A stretch of 64,000 bases of DNA from Candidatus Hydrogenedentota bacterium (GCA_963745075.1 CAVUWV010000036.1:128001-192000); one strand, 5' to 3'. Counted from the stretch's first letter, positions 1 through 11,588 are shown. Notes: generated by a model not told the origin, from the letters alone. Numbers and translations: made by a program.

Positions 1-122
1 GCAGCGCGTAGCCGTTCGTACAGCGGCGTGAGATTCTGGCACTCGTTATACGCGGGCACCACGACGGACAGCGTACACCGGGTGGATCCGGTCGGTTCAG
101 GGGACGGTGTATCACGTTCCAT
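1..122 (-). CDS. Glycosyltransferase family 2, N-terminal part only (runs off window start)
   Basis: Hand translation from ATG at 122: MERDTPSPEPTGSTRCTLSVVVPAYNECQNLTPLYERLRA; LSVVVPAYNE is the GT2 N-terminal motif. Confidence 0.8.
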   Translation of the reverse strand, partial: MERDTPSPEPTGSTRCTLSVVVPAYNECQNLTPLYERLRA

Positions 123-127
123 CTGCG

Positions 128-742
128 TTATCCCTTACGGCGCGCGGCGATGTGAAAACTCCAATAGGCATCGCGGTCGCGGTTGCACTCCAGGATTTCC
201 ATGCCTTCCCCCTCCAGAAAGGGAACGAGCACCTGCCACGTGGGGCTCCACTTGTGCCCGCCACCGACCCACGGACCACCCGGCCGCCACAATAGCATCG
301 ACTCGTGTGGCAGGTAGAGAAACAGCGTACCGCCGGCGCGCAGTTTGCCGATCCACAAGCGCAATGCGTCCTGCCACTGGGCGAGATGCTCGAGACAGTG
401 CGAACTGAAAACGTAGTCGAGGCTTTCGTCCGGGAATCGCTCCAGCCGGTAGGCGTTTTCGCCCAACCGGTCGTCCACGGATTCCGCGCCGGGGAAAGGC
501 CACTGGTTCGCACCGATATCGATTCCAATCCCCGTGCAATAGCGCTTGGCCGTGTCGAGAATGTGCTCGGCGGCATTGCCGTGATGGAGGTATTCGGGAT
601 ACCGCTCGTCCTGATACTCGTAGAAGACGGAGCCATTCTCGGTCACACGCTTGACCTGCCGCCGCTTCCAGATGCAGGTCAGCGCCGGACCGATCTCGTC
701 GGGATGTTTCAACGCCCGCGTGACCATGGCAATCAGCCGCAA
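128..742 (-). CDS. Class I SAM-dependent methyltransferase (Methyltransf_11-like)
   Basis: GIDIGA motif I, DESLDYVFSSHCLEHL, LRAGGTLFLYLP. Confidence 0.8.
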   Translation of the reverse strand: MRLIAMVTRALKHPDEIGPALTCIWKRRQVKRVTENGSVFYEYQDERYPEYLHHGNAAEHILDTAKRYCTGIGIDIGANQWPFPGAESVDDRLGENAYRLERFPDESLDYVFSSHCLEHLAQWQDALRLWIGKLRAGGTLFLYLPHESMLLWRPGGPWVGGGHKWSPTWQVLVPFLEGEGMEILECNRDRDAYWSFHIAARRKG

Positions 743-813
743 CTTCAGCCCTCCCCGCTTCTGCTCGCAATCATAAGGCTCTCATAATCACCACTCAGGA
801 TTGAGATCTCTTA

Positions 814-837
814 GTAGGACGGGAATGGTTCCCGTCC
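814..837 (+). repeat. Single GTAG-type REP-like hairpin
   Basis: GTAG followed by GGACGGGAA-TGG-TTCCCGTCC, a perfect 9-bp stem. Confidence 0.55.
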
Positions 838-890
838 AGTTTCTTCCGATACACTCCATGCTTAGTACAGCTTCCAGTAGATGAGGTGAC

Positions 891-1052
891 AATATGGAGT
901 GCGGCCGCTTGCGGCTGCTTTTCTTGCGTCTATTGCGGAAACTCTAATCCCACGAAGTCATGCAATCTACGGTGATACTCCATACGGCGTAAGAATACGA
1001 CGTAGGCAAGCCTGCTCTGGGAAAGCAGCCGCAAGCGGCCGCACTCCATATT
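891..1052. repeat. REP doublet/MITE-like element, family A, copy 1
   Basis: 31-bp perfect inverted repeat AATATGGAGTGCGGCCGCTTGCGGCTGCTTT (891-921 / 1022-1052), 100-bp spacer; same arms at 34747-34898. Confidence 0.9.
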
Positions 1053-1094
1053 CTTTCTACTCGAAAGTGTTATCCAAATTACGGGAGTGACCCA

Positions 1095-2282
1095 TTACCG
1101 CCCGTGGTAGCGCAACGCGAGCACGGCGATGTCGTCGGTCTGCGGCGCCCCCGCCGAAAACGCCCGCACCCGTCTTACGACGCTCTTCACGAGTTGTTCG
1201 ATGGGATCGCCATGGTGCTTTGCCAAGGTCTTCTGAAGCCGCGTCTCGGAGAACAGGTTGCGTTCTTCGTCCATGGCTTCGCTGACGCCGTCGGTGTACA
1301 GGAACAAATTATCGCCGGGCTCGAGCTGCACCTTGCCGCCGTGATACTCACCCTCCGACGAGACGCCCAGCACCAGTCCACCGGGATGGTCCAGCGGCGC
1401 GACGTCACCGTTCGCGCGAATGACGTAAGGGGGCTGGTGTCCCGCAATGCAGTAATCCACCTTACCGGTGGACGTGTCGAGTATGCCGTAGAAAAGCGTT
1501 ACGAAAAGCCCCGCGCTGTAGTCCGCGCAGAGCAGGCGGTTCACCTGCCGCAGGCAGTCCGCCGCACGAAATCCCTGCAAGGCGGTCGCCTTCACCAGGG
1601 TCCGCGAAACGGCCATGATGATGGACGCGGGCACGCCTTTGCCCGCCACGTCGCCGATGACGACGCCGAGCCGGTTGTCGTCGATGAGAAAGAAATCGTA
1701 GAAGTCGCCGCCCACGTCGCGCGCAGGAATCATCTTGGCGTAGATGTCGAAATCCGGCCGCTCGGGATAGGCGGGAAAAGTGCTCGGCACAATCGACCGC
1801 TGGATCCGGGCCGCCACTTCCAGTTCCTGCTCGACCAGTTGAAGGCGGTCTCGATTCATAGCGGCTTCCTTGGTGGCCGCCAGTTCGCGGGTCGTTTTTT
1901 CCAGGGTGATTTCCAAGTCTTTGAAGTCGATGGGCTTCGTCAGGAAGTCAAAAGCGCCGCGGTTCATCGCGGTGCGGATGTTCTCCATGTCGCCATACGC
2001 GGACACGATGATCGCTTTCCGGGGCGGATCGAATTCGGAGAGCCGGGACAACAGGGTAAGCCCGTCCATCTCGGGCATGTTAATGTCCGTCAAGACGATG
2101 TCGATGTTGCCGTCGGCGTCGAGCTTTTCGATGGCATCGACGCCGTTGCGGGCAAAGACAAACACGAACTCGCCGTCCCGGATCTTCTTCCGGAACCGCT
2201 GGCGAATCAGGGTTTCCAGGTCGGGTTCGTCGTCCACGACCAGCAGTTTTATGGGTGTAACGCTCAACAGAACCTCACTCAT
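1095..2282 (-). CDS. Response regulator with PP2C/SpoIIE phosphatase output (RsbU-like)
   Basis: REC: LLVVDDE, LTDINMPEMDG, FLTKP; PP2C: VGGDFYD, IGDVAGKG, YTDGVSEA, QTDDIAV. Confidence 0.93.
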   Translation of the reverse strand: MSEVLLSVTPIKLLVVDDEPDLETLIRQRFRKKIRDGEFVFVFARNGVDAIEKLDADGNIDIVLTDINMPEMDGLTLLSRLSEFDPPRKAIIVSAYGDMENIRTAMNRGAFDFLTKPIDFKDLEITLEKTTRELAATKEAAMNRDRLQLVEQELEVAARIQRSIVPSTFPAYPERPDFDIYAKMIPARDVGGDFYDFFLIDDNRLGVVIGDVAGKGVPASIIMAVSRTLVKATALQGFRAADCLRQVNRLLCADYSAGLFVTLFYGILDTSTGKVDYCIAGHQPPYVIRANGDVAPLDHPGGLVLGVSSEGEYHGGKVQLEPGDNLFLYTDGVSEAMDEERNLFSETRLQKTLAKHHGDPIEQLVKSVVRRVRAFSAGAPQTDDIAVLALRYHGR

Positions 2283-2650
2283 GGCAGGTGCAATACGTCC
2301 CGCCGGAGTTGATCGAAATCAAGGGGTTTGGACAGAAAGCCGTCGGCGCCGAGCTGTTCCGCGAGGGTGCGGCGCCCGTCGTCTTCGTACGGCGCAATCA
2401 TATATACCGGCACATGCGCATCCCGTTTCTTAAGATCCTTCAACAGGTCCAGACCGCTCGCGCCCGGCAGATTGATATCGGACAGGATCAGGACCACGTC
2501 CGGCGAATCGTTTCCGGCCGTCGATTTCAGCGCGGATTCTGAGGACAAGGCAAACTGAAGACCGACGGACCCTTCCCGCAGTTCCTTCCGGAACCGCTGC
2601 GAAAACAGGCACTCGGTATCGTGTTCGTCGTCGACTACGAGAATGTTCAT
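2279..2650 (-). CDS. Single-domain response regulator receiver
   Basis: MNILVVDDE...LSDINLPGASG...FLSKP; true start 2650 overlaps the kinase stop (ATGA). Confidence 0.9.
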   Translation of the reverse strand: MNILVVDDEHDTECLFSQRFRKELREGSVGLQFALSSESALKSTAGNDSPDVVLILSDINLPGASGLDLLKDLKKRDAHVPVYMIAPYEDDGRRTLAEQLGADGFLSKPLDFDQLRRDVLHLP

Positions 2651-5310
2651 TTTCGCTTCCGCCGGCCTTTTTGCGGTGGTTTCTTGGGCAACGCAATGCT
2701 GAACTCGGTGAATTCGCCGGGTTCGGTATCCACGATGAGTTCCCCGAGATGCTCGCGCACGATGATATCGTAACAAATCGACAAGCCCAGCCCCGTCCCT
2801 TCGCCCGACGGCTTGGTCGTGAAGAAGGGATTGAAAATATTGTCCTTGATTTCGGCCGGGATGCCGGGGCCGTTGTCGCGGACGCGGATCTCCGCGTGGG
2901 TGCCCGCGTCGCGCGTCCGCACGGTGAGCTGCGGCGTGAATTCGCCGCCGATGGATTTCTTCTTCTGGTGCGCGGCGTAACAACCGTTGTTCACGAGATT
3001 AAGAATGACCCGGCTGAGATCCTGCGGCACCACCGGAATTGGGCCCAAACGTTCATCGTACTGCAAGTCGAGCCGGATGTTGAACGAGGCGTCGCGCGCC
3101 CGCAAGCCGTGATAGGCGAGTTTGACGTACTCGTCCACGAGCGCATTGATATCCGTGGGTTGCCGCATGGACTCGGATCGGGAATGCTGCAACATGCCGC
3201 GCACGATCCGGTCCGCCCGTTTTCCGTGTTCGAGAATGCGCTGGGCGTTTAGTTCGATATCCTGCAGCAACGTGTCGATGGCCTCCGCGCGCGCGCCCTC
3301 GAGCCGCTCCCGTTCCGCGTGGAGCAGGGTCTGGAGTTCGAGCGTGAGTTCGGCCGTGAGTTCGGCGAAGTTGTTCACGAAGTTCAGCGGGTTCTTAATC
3401 TCGTGGGCAATTCCCGCGGTCAACACGCCCAACGACGCCATCTTTTCCTGGGTGATCAGTTTGCGCTGGGTTTCACGGAGCTTTTCCAAAGTGGTGTGCA
3501 GTTCGACGTTCTTCGCTTCCAGTTCACCGGTCCGTTGCGCGACCTGTTCCTCGAGCGTGCGGCTGTAGTCCTGGTGGAGCTTTTGCGCCCATTTCCGTTC
3601 GGAAATGTCGATGACGCTCCCGCGGATAAGTTCGCGGCCGGTCGCGGGCAACCGCACCAACCGGACCTCGCACGGGAATTTGCGTCCGGACTTGTCGCGG
3701 CACGTCAACTCGAACTTCATCGCGCCGCCGCGCAACGCTTGATCGAGCCGTTCGGTGATCAACTGTTCCACCGTTCGACCCACCAATTCGTCCGCCGAAG
3801 TGACGTTGCGCGGACCGATCCGCAGGATCTCGCCAGCCTCGTAGCCGAACAGTTTTTCCGCGTTTCGGTTGGCGTCCACGAAGAGCTGGGTTCGGGCGTC
3901 GATAACCACGATGGCCTCGGGCGCATGCTCGACGAGGGTACGGAACCGCTCTTCGCTTTCCTGCAAGGCGCGGCGGGCTGCTTTGCGTTTGCTGATGTCC
4001 CGCGCAAAGGCGCCGAAGGTGTTGCTGTCGCCGATGCGGACGTGCGTTATGGACAGTTCCAGCGGGAACGTGTGCCCGTCGCGGTGCATCGCCGTCATTT
4101 CCACGCGCCGGTTCATCATCGTGCTTTCGCCGGTTGCCAGGTAGCGTTTGAGCCCGGCCTCGTGGTGCTCCCGGTATTCCGGCGGAATGATCACCGACGA
4201 CAGACGCTGACCGAGCACCTTTTCCCGCCGCCACCCGAACATGGCTTCGGCCTGGGCGTTCCACCCGATAATGAGCCCGGCAGTGTTCATGGCGATGTAC
4301 GCGTCCATGGCACTGTCGATCACCGCGCTGCTGCGACGCTCGCTTTCCTGGATCGCGCGTTCCCAACGCTTACGTTCGGTCACGTCGCGAAAGCTGACGA
4401 GAAACCCTTGTATCCCCGTATCCGGCGACAATCGATTACCGGAGGTCTCGAAGTATCGCCACGTACCCTCGCGATGGCGCACTCGGCACGAAATGACCGG
4501 TGCCGCTTCCCTGGCCCGGTTTTGCCGGCGAAAGGCGCGGGCCAACTCGCGCCGGTCCTCGGGATGGATAAACTCATTGCTCGGACGACCCACCAGGTCT
4601 TCAGCTTCATGACCCAAAACCTGGGCGACCGAGGGGGTCACGTAGGTGATGATTCCGTCTTCGTCTACGATTGCGATGAGGTCGAGGGTATTTTCGACCA
4701 GCGACTGAAAGGCGTCCCGCATGCGCAGCGGTTCCGCCGCGGTCTTGGACCGGCGTTTTGCCGCCAGTGCAATGGACGCCAAGTTGGCGATGGACGACGC
4801 GAAATTCTCCTCATCGGTATACCACTGCCGCTGCGGTCCCACATGCTCGTTGCACAGCACGCCAATGACGCTGCGGCCGTGGACGATGGGCACGTCCAGC
4901 ATGGACGTGATGCCGTGCGCCTCCAGGTAGTCAGGATGAAACTCCCGGGTCCGGGGATCGCGCGTCGCGTCGTGGGCCACGATCCGGTGTTCGCCGCGCA
5001 CCGCCTCGAAATACGCCGGGCACTGACGCTGCTCCAGCACCATCCCCGCCGAGAACCCGTCCTTCGTAAACTCATACAGCGCAACGCATTTCAGCGATTC
5101 ATCGTCCCGCGAAAACCGCCAAACACTGACCCGTTCGCATGCCAGCGTGCGCGCCGCCACCTCCACAATGGCCCGCATGGCGTCGTCTGCATCGGAAATC
5201 TCGGAAATCGTGATTTTCGAGAGTTGGACCAGCGCATTGTTCTGCGTCCGCTGCCGACGCTCCACCGCCTGCACCACGTCCTGCGAAGTCTGTGTTTCGG
5301 GAGTTTCCAA
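2647..5310 (-). CDS. Cytoplasmic GAF + 3 PAS sensor histidine kinase
   Basis: GAF ([11 protein letters not shown]), three PAS/PAC repeats ending DVTERK/DISKRK/DISERK, H-box [30 protein letters not shown]; no TM segment; TTG start uncertain. Confidence 0.93.
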   Translation of the reverse strand: METPETQTSQDVVQAVERRQRTQNNALVQLSKITISEISDADDAMRAIVEVAARTLACERVSVWRFSRDDESLKCVALYEFTKDGFSAGMVLEQRQCPAYFEAVRGEHRIVAHDATRDPRTREFHPDYLEAHGITSMLDVPIVHGRSVIGVLCNEHVGPQRQWYTDEENFASSIANLASIALAAKRRSKTAAEPLRMRDAFQSLVENTLDLIAIVDEDGIITYVTPSVAQVLGHEAEDLVGRPSNEFIHPEDRRELARAFRRQNRAREAAPVISCRVRHREGTWRYFETSGNRLSPDTGIQGFLVSFRDVTERKRWERAIQESERRSSAVIDSAMDAYIAMNTAGLIIGWNAQAEAMFGWRREKVLGQRLSSVIIPPEYREHHEAGLKRYLATGESTMMNRRVEMTAMHRDGHTFPLELSITHVRIGDSNTFGAFARDISKRKAARRALQESEERFRTLVEHAPEAIVVIDARTQLFVDANRNAEKLFGYEAGEILRIGPRNVTSADELVGRTVEQLITERLDQALRGGAMKFELTCRDKSGRKFPCEVRLVRLPATGRELIRGSVIDISERKWAQKLHQDYSRTLEEQVAQRTGELEAKNVELHTTLEKLRETQRKLITQEKMASLGVLTAGIAHEIKNPLNFVNNFAELTAELTLELQTLLHAERERLEGARAEAIDTLLQDIELNAQRILEHGKRADRIVRGMLQHSRSESMRQPTDINALVDEYVKLAYHGLRARDASFNIRLDLQYDERLGPIPVVPQDLSRVILNLVNNGCYAAHQKKKSIGGEFTPQLTVRTRDAGTHAEIRVRDNGPGIPAEIKDNIFNPFFTTKPSGEGTGLGLSICYDIIVREHLGELIVDTEPGEFTEFSIALPKKPPQKGRRKRK

Positions 5311-5514
5311 GGAAGATTAGCCTCTCGTTACGCGTATGAAGACGGGATACTTATCCCCATCCCAACGCAGTCAGCGCCATATTCTACCTGAAAGACCGGT
5401 CCCTCTGGAATGCGCTGGGACGGACCGCCCGTTCATCCCGCGGGGTAGTCACTCGATTTGAATTGTGTTAGTATGGATGCTGGATAACGTTAGCAAGAAC
5501 TGCAAGGCTGGCTG

Positions 5515-8500
5515 ATGATGAGAAGTCTTTACGCTACGGTTGTATTCTGTCTGCTCGCGGTAGGGCTGGTGCCCGGTGTCTACGCCGAGGCGGAGGTCGC
5601 GTTCGATACGGATGTGCGACCCATCCTCGAATCCAATTGCTTTGGATGCCACGGTCCGGAGAAGCAAAAATCCGATCTCCGACTCGACTTGGAGGTAACG
5701 GCACTCCGGGGAGGCGAATCCGGAGCGGTGATCATCATCGGCGACGCGGACGGGAGCCGGCTGATCCAGTTGGTGTCGGGCCAAGACCCGGACTTGGTGA
5801 TGCCGCCCAAGGGCGACCGGCTGACGGACGACCAAATCGGGGTGTTGAAGCAGTGGATCGCGGAAGGCGCGGTCTGGGACACAAGCGCGGCACCACCGGC
5901 CGCGACCCCGGCGAAACCTGCCGAAACGACACCGGAAAACACGCCCCCCGCTGAGACCCCTCCCGAACCGCCTGCACCCGCCACACCCAAACCTGAAACG
6001 GCCCCCGATGCCGTGCCCGCGGCACAGCCTGCGGCCGATACTTCGATCTTTGCGTCGGACATCCAACCCATCCTTGCGGAGCGGTGCTTCGCCTGCCATG
6101 GCCCGGACAAACAGAAGAGCGGCCTGCGGTTGGATATGCGGGAAACCGCTCTGAAAGGCGGCGATACCGGCGTCGCCATCACGCCGGGCGACCCGGATAA
6201 CAGCCTGCTGATTCAACTGGTGTCCGGCGCCGATCCGGACCGCCAGATGCCGCCCAAAGGCGACCCCTTGACCGCCGAACAAATCGCAAAACTGAAGGCG
6301 TGGATCGCCGCCGGGGCCGAATGGCCCGAAGCGGCTTCCGACACACCGGTGCAGGTGGCGACGGATCATTGGGCCTTCCAGAAGATCGTCCGGCCCGACG
6401 TGCCGGCCGTGAAAGACACGGATTGGCCGAGCAACGACATCGACCGGTTCATTCTCGCGAAACTCGAGAGCGAAGGCATCACGCCGTCGCCGGAGGCGGA
6501 CAAGGTCACGCTGGCCCGCCGTCTCTACTTCGATCTCATCGGCATTCCCCCGACGCCGGAACAGGTGGATCGGTTCGTCAACGACGATTCGCCGTCGGCC
6601 TATGGCCGGCTCGTGAATCAGTTGCTGGCATCCCCCCACTTCGGCGAACGCTGGGGCCGCTACTGGCTGGACCTCGCCCGCTACGCCGACAGCGACGGCT
6701 ACGAGAAAGACGGCGTGCGGCCCTACGCCTACCGGTATCGCGACTGGGTCATCGACGCGTTAAACCGCGACATGCCCTACGACCAGTTCGCGATCGAACA
6801 GTTGGCGGGTGACTTGCTTCCCGGCGCCGACACGAGCGACCTGATGGCGACCGGTTTTCAACGGAACACCCTGACCAACAAGGAAGGCGGCATCGACCCC
6901 GAAGAGGATCGCGTGAAACAAGCCGTCGACCGGACGAACACGACGGCGACCGTGTTCCTGGGCCTGACCTTGGGCTGCGCGCAGTGCCATTCCCACAAGT
7001 ACGATCCCATCAGCCAGCGCGAGTACTACCAGTTCTACGCGTTTTACAACGCGGCCATGGAGAAAGACGTCCCCGCGCCGCTGCCCGGCGAGGAGATGGC
7101 GTACAAGCAGGCCCTGGATCGGTTCAACCAACAGGTCGGCGACGTGCGCAAAGTCGTGGACGACTATCGCGCGAAACTCGCCGAGAAACTTCCGGAATGG
7201 GAAGCGGGGTTGGACGTTCCGCCCGAGGGGTGGACGGTCCTCGACCCCGCCAGTTACACCTCCACCGGCGGCAGCGAGTTCAAGGAGCTGGACGATAACT
7301 CGCTCCTGGTGACGCGGCACGCTGGCCCCGACGGACAAGTACACGATCGTCGCCCGTTCACGGGAGATCGGGCTGAAGACCTTCCGGCTGGAAGCGTTGA
7401 CCGATGATTCCCTGAGCAACAAGGGTCCGGGCCGCGCCGCAAACGGCAACTTCGTGTTGGGCGAATTCGAGGTCTACGCGGCCCCCATGAACGACCCCAA
7501 CAACATGACGAAAGTGCAGTTGGTCCGGCCCAAGGCGGATTTTGAAGAACCGGAACACGAAGTGGCGCTCGCCATCGACGGCAATCCCGATTCCGGGTGG
7601 GCCATCTACCACGACGGCAATTTTAATGAGAGCCGCTACGCAACATTCGAGACCGACGAAGGCATCGGCTATCCGGACGGCACGATCCTGACCTTCGTGT
7701 TGGACCAGCGTTACGGCCGCGCGCACAACATCGGCCGGGTGCGCTTGTCGGTGTCGAAACTGCCGGCGGACACCATCAAGTATTCCGACCAAGTTTATGC
7801 GGCACTCAAGACGCCGGTCGAGGAGCGCACCGACGACCAGAAGAAAACGCTGCTCGATTATTACTGCAATCTCGATCCGAAATATCGCGAATTGCGAGCG
7901 CCCCTGGACGAATTGCTGAAGGCCAAACCGCAGCCGCCGAAAACGATGGCGCAAGCGTTGGTGCGCAATCCCGACCCGCCGAAATCATTCATCCATATCC
8001 GCGGTGATTTCCTGAACAAAGGCGATGAGGTGCAGCCCGGCGTGCCGGCGGTGTTGCCGCCGCTGAAACCGCGGGGCGACACACCCGACCGGCTTGACTT
8101 GGCGCGCTGGATCGTCGAGCCGGACAACCCGTTGACTCCGCGCGTCTACGTGAACCGGCTCTGGCAACGCTTGTTCGGACGCGGCATCGTGGCGACCCCG
8201 GAAGACTTCGGGACGCGCTGCGAACCGCCGTCCCATCCCCAGTTGCTGGATTGGCTCGCGGAAGAAGCCATCGCCGCGGGGCTGGAGCACGAAAGACATG
8301 ATCCGGCTCATCGTGAATTCGTCGACGTACAAGCAGTCCTCCGACGTGCGGCCGGAAATCTACGATCGCGACCCCGAAAACCGGTTGCTCGCGCGGCAGA
8401 GCCGGTACCACGTGGAAGCGGAAATCACGCGCGACGCCTATCTCGCGGCGGGCGGTTTGCTGAACGCAGACGTGGGCGGGCCGAGCATTCGTCCCCCGCA

Positions 8501-9020
8501 GCCGCCGGGTATCGCGGAACTCGGTTACGCCGGGTCGATCAAATGGCAGGAGGACACGGGGCCCGCGAAATACCGCCGCGGCTTGTATATTTTCTTCCAG
8601 CGGACGGTGCCCTATCCCATGCTGATGACCTTCGACTGCCCGGATTCCAACTCGGCGGAAGTCCGGCGCGACCGGTCCAATACGCCGCTGCAGGCGCTGA
8701 CGCTGCTGAACGATCCCGTATTGTTCGAGTGTGCCCAGGCCTTGGGCGGTCGTATTCTCACCGAAGCGCCGAAAGATGAAGACAGCCGCGTCCGGTTCGC
8801 CTTCCGCGAATGCATGGGACGCGAGCCGTCCGACGCGGAATTGACGCGTCTGAAACAGTTTCTGGACAGCCAGGAGTCGGCGTTCCAGGCGAACCCGGAG
8901 GTCGCGGCGAAATTTGCCGACCAGCATGTGCCGGAAGACGTTGATGCGCCGGAACGCGCGTCTTACGTGGCCTTGGCGCGCGTTATCATGAATCTCGACG
9001 AATTTATCACGAGGGAGTAG
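5515..9020 (+). CDS. Planctomycete-type cytochrome c protein: signal peptide, 2x PSCyt1, DUF1549, DUF1553 (indels near 7312 and 8272)
   Basis: NCFGCH and RCFACH haem motifs, HWAF, GERWGRYWLDLARYADSDGYE, LGCAQCHSHKYDP, NPLTPRVYVNRLWQ, RSNTPLQALTLLND, MNLDEFITRE; spread over ORFs 5515-7407, 7397-8779, 8298-9020. Confidence 0.9.
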
Positions 9021-9022
9021 GC

Positions 9023-10520
9023 ATGGAATCGAATATCGAACGCATTCTCAAATCCCGGCGGGAGTTTTTGACCACGACGGCCAGCGGCATCGGTGGGCTT
9101 GCCTTGACGTCGATGCTCTTTGAGAACGGGGTTTTGGCCCATGCCGATGAGTTGCCGGAAGTGGACGAACCCCCTCGCGCCGAAGAAGCCCGACTTCGAG
9201 CCGAAGGCCAAGGCCTGCATCTGCATCTTCATGGCCGGCGCGCCCAGCCAGATCGACCTCTTCGATCCCAAGCCGAAGCTGAACGAACTCGACGGCCAGC
9301 CGCTCCCCGAGTCCATGACGAAAAACGTCCGCTTTGCCTTTATCCAGAAAGGACACGGCCGTGTTGCGGGGCAGCCCGCGCACCTTCACCCCCTACGGCG
9401 AATGCGGCATGGAGCTTTCGGATCTCTTGCCGCACATCGGGTCCTGCGCGGACGACATCGCGCTGATCCGGTCCATGCACACGGAAGCTTTCAACCACCA
9501 TCCCGGCCAGACCATGATGAACACCGGCGTGATGACCTTCGGGCGGCCGGTCATGGGGTCGTGGCTCACCTACGGGCTCGGCTCCGAGTCGCAGAACCTG
9601 CCCGGCTACGTCGTGCTCACCGCCGGCCGCGGGGCGACGGGCGGCGCGTCGAACTGGTCCAGCGGATTCCTGCCATCAACGTACGAAGGCGTGCTTTTCC
9701 GCAACCAGGGCGATCCCGATCCTGCACTCTGACCAATCCCGGCGACCTGCCGCACGACTGCCAGCGGCTCGGCCTGGATGCCATCCACGACATGAACCAA
9801 TTAAAATACCAGGAGACCCTCGACCCGGAGATCCTGTCGCGCATCTCCACCTACGAACTGGCGGGACGCATGCAGGTGGAAGCGCCCGAACTGATCGATT
9901 TCTCCAACGAATCACAAGACACTCTCGACGCCTACGGCGTGAACCGCACCGAAGGCGAGACGTGGAAGAAACTGCGCAGCGGCGGGCCGGACGAGTTCCA
10001 GACCTTCGCGACGAATTGCCTGCTCGCGCGGCGGATGGTCGAGCGCGGCGTGCGGTTCATCAACATCTACCACGCCACCTGGGACCACCATTCCGACCTC
10101 GATTCCCGGCTGCCTTTCAACTGCATGATGTGCGACCAGCCCATCGCGGCGTTGCTCAAGGATCTGAAACAGCGCGGTCTGCTCGATTCGACCATGGTCA
10201 TCTGGATGGGCGAATTCGGACGCACGCCCCTCGGCGAAAACCGCGCCGGATTCCGAACGCCTAACACGGGCCGCGACCACCACCCCTTCGCGTTCAGCAC
10301 GTGGCTGGCCGGCGGCGGCGTCAAAGGCGGCCAGGTCATCGGCGAAACCGACGAAATCGGCTGGAACATCGTCAAGGACCCGATCCACGTGAACGATTTC
10401 CACGCGACCATGCTGCACCTCTTCGGTCTCAACCACCTGAAGCTCACGTACCGGTACCAGGGCCGCGACTTCCGTCTCACCGACGTGGCCGGCAAACTCG
10501 TTCCGCAATTGATCGCCTAA
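9023..10520 (+). CDS. DUF1501 protein (indels near 9150, 9350, 9720)
   Basis: SRREFL Tat-like motif, FMAGAPSQIDLFDPKP, GSWLTYGLGSESQNLPGYVVL, NCLLARRMVERGVRF, WDHH, GEFGRTP, GRDHH. Confidence 0.9.
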
Positions 10521-10522
10521 TC

Positions 10523-10617
10523 ACTGGAAACGCCATGCACCAGCGTGGCGGGGTTTTGAGCGGACCACCTCGGGCTTCGCGGCAGAAATCGCCACGCTGG
10601 TGCATGGCGCTCCCAGT
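10523..10617. repeat. Long inverted repeat after DUF1501 gene (REP doublet family C or terminator)
   Basis: CGCCATGCACCAGCGTGGCG (10531-10550) is the exact reverse complement of 10590-10609; extends to ACTGG/CCAGT with 2 mismatches. Confidence 0.8.
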
Positions 10618-10724
10618 AACTCCCCGACCTGATATCTCGCCTTCCGTGAATAGACCCATGCACGGTGGTCAAATTGTGTTACGATGACTTCTCCGGTGGC
10701 ACGGCGGGTAGGAGGTACGCAGGC

Positions 10725-11579
10725 ATGGCGATGCATGAACTCATCTGCACGGAAGTCTGGGGCGGCAACGGGAACATCTCCACCGACCTGGTAATCCCCG
10801 GCCTCAATGGCTTTCTCTACTCCCAATCCAGCGAAGGGCACAAAGGCGGCGACGTGTATTACGCCACGGCCTGTTCCGGCGGCTTGGTGAGCCGCCTGTA
10901 TCTCGCGGACGTGACCGGCCACGGCGAACCCGTGGTGCGTATCAGCCACTGGATGCACGACATCCTTCGCGACATCGTCAACTACGAGGAACCCGCGCTT
11001 GTCTTCAACGCCCTGAACGAACGCGTTCACGAATTCGGCCTGGACGCTATGACCACCGCTGCATCCATGACCTTCAATTCCATCGATCGGAAACTCACGG
11101 TCTGCTACGCGGGCCACCCGCCCATGCTCGTTTGTCCGCCGGGCGAAGGCACGTGGAAACCACTCGATCTGGAGTCCGACCGAATGGAGAACGGCGAGGT
11201 GCGGAACCTTCCCCTTGGCGTCTCGGAAAGAACCGAATACCGCCACGCGCGCTTTCCCCTCGACGATGGTTCCCGCATCTTCATCTATTCCGACGGCCTC
11301 ACGGAAACGCCGAATGCCGAGAGGCAACTGTTCGGTACCGACCGTTTGCTGAGCGTGTTGTCGGCGGTGGCGGGCAAACCGCTCCCAGACGCCGCGCGTG
11401 AACTGATCGCGGCCTTCACCGAACATGCGGGCACCGACACCCCCGGTCACGACGACATCACCTTCGCCCTGCTTGAAGTCGCCCCGAAGCGAACAGCGCC
11501 CCTGATCGTGCAGGTCATCGGCAACAAGATCCGCAATCTCTTCAAGCGCGAAGAAAACGAACCCGTCGGCGCGACGTAA
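10725..11579 (+). CDS. Stand-alone PP2C/SpoIIE protein phosphatase
   Basis: GGAGG RBS at 10711; CTEVWGGN, GGDVYY, LADVTGHG, YAGHPP, YSDGLTE, HDDITF. Confidence 0.88.
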   Translation: MAMHELICTEVWGGNGNISTDLVIPGLNGFLYSQSSEGHKGGDVYYATACSGGLVSRLYLADVTGHGEPVVRISHWMHDILRDIVNYEEPALVFNALNERVHEFGLDAMTTAASMTFNSIDRKLTVCYAGHPPMLVCPPGEGTWKPLDLESDRMENGEVRNLPLGVSERTEYRHARFPLDDGSRIFIYSDGLTETPNAERQLFGTDRLLSVLSAVAGKPLPDAARELIAAFTEHAGTDTPGHDDITFALLEVAPKRTAPLIVQVIGNKIRNLFKREENEPVGAT

Positions 11580-11588
11580 TTTGCGCGG

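Noticed and set aside
3319..5391. Long antisense ORFs (also 1104-2312, 10521-11867, 14245-15783, 30465-31979, 31992-33764, 53969-55537, 58979-60358)
   Set aside because: Shadows of well-supported genes on the opposite strand in high-GC DNA; no motifs
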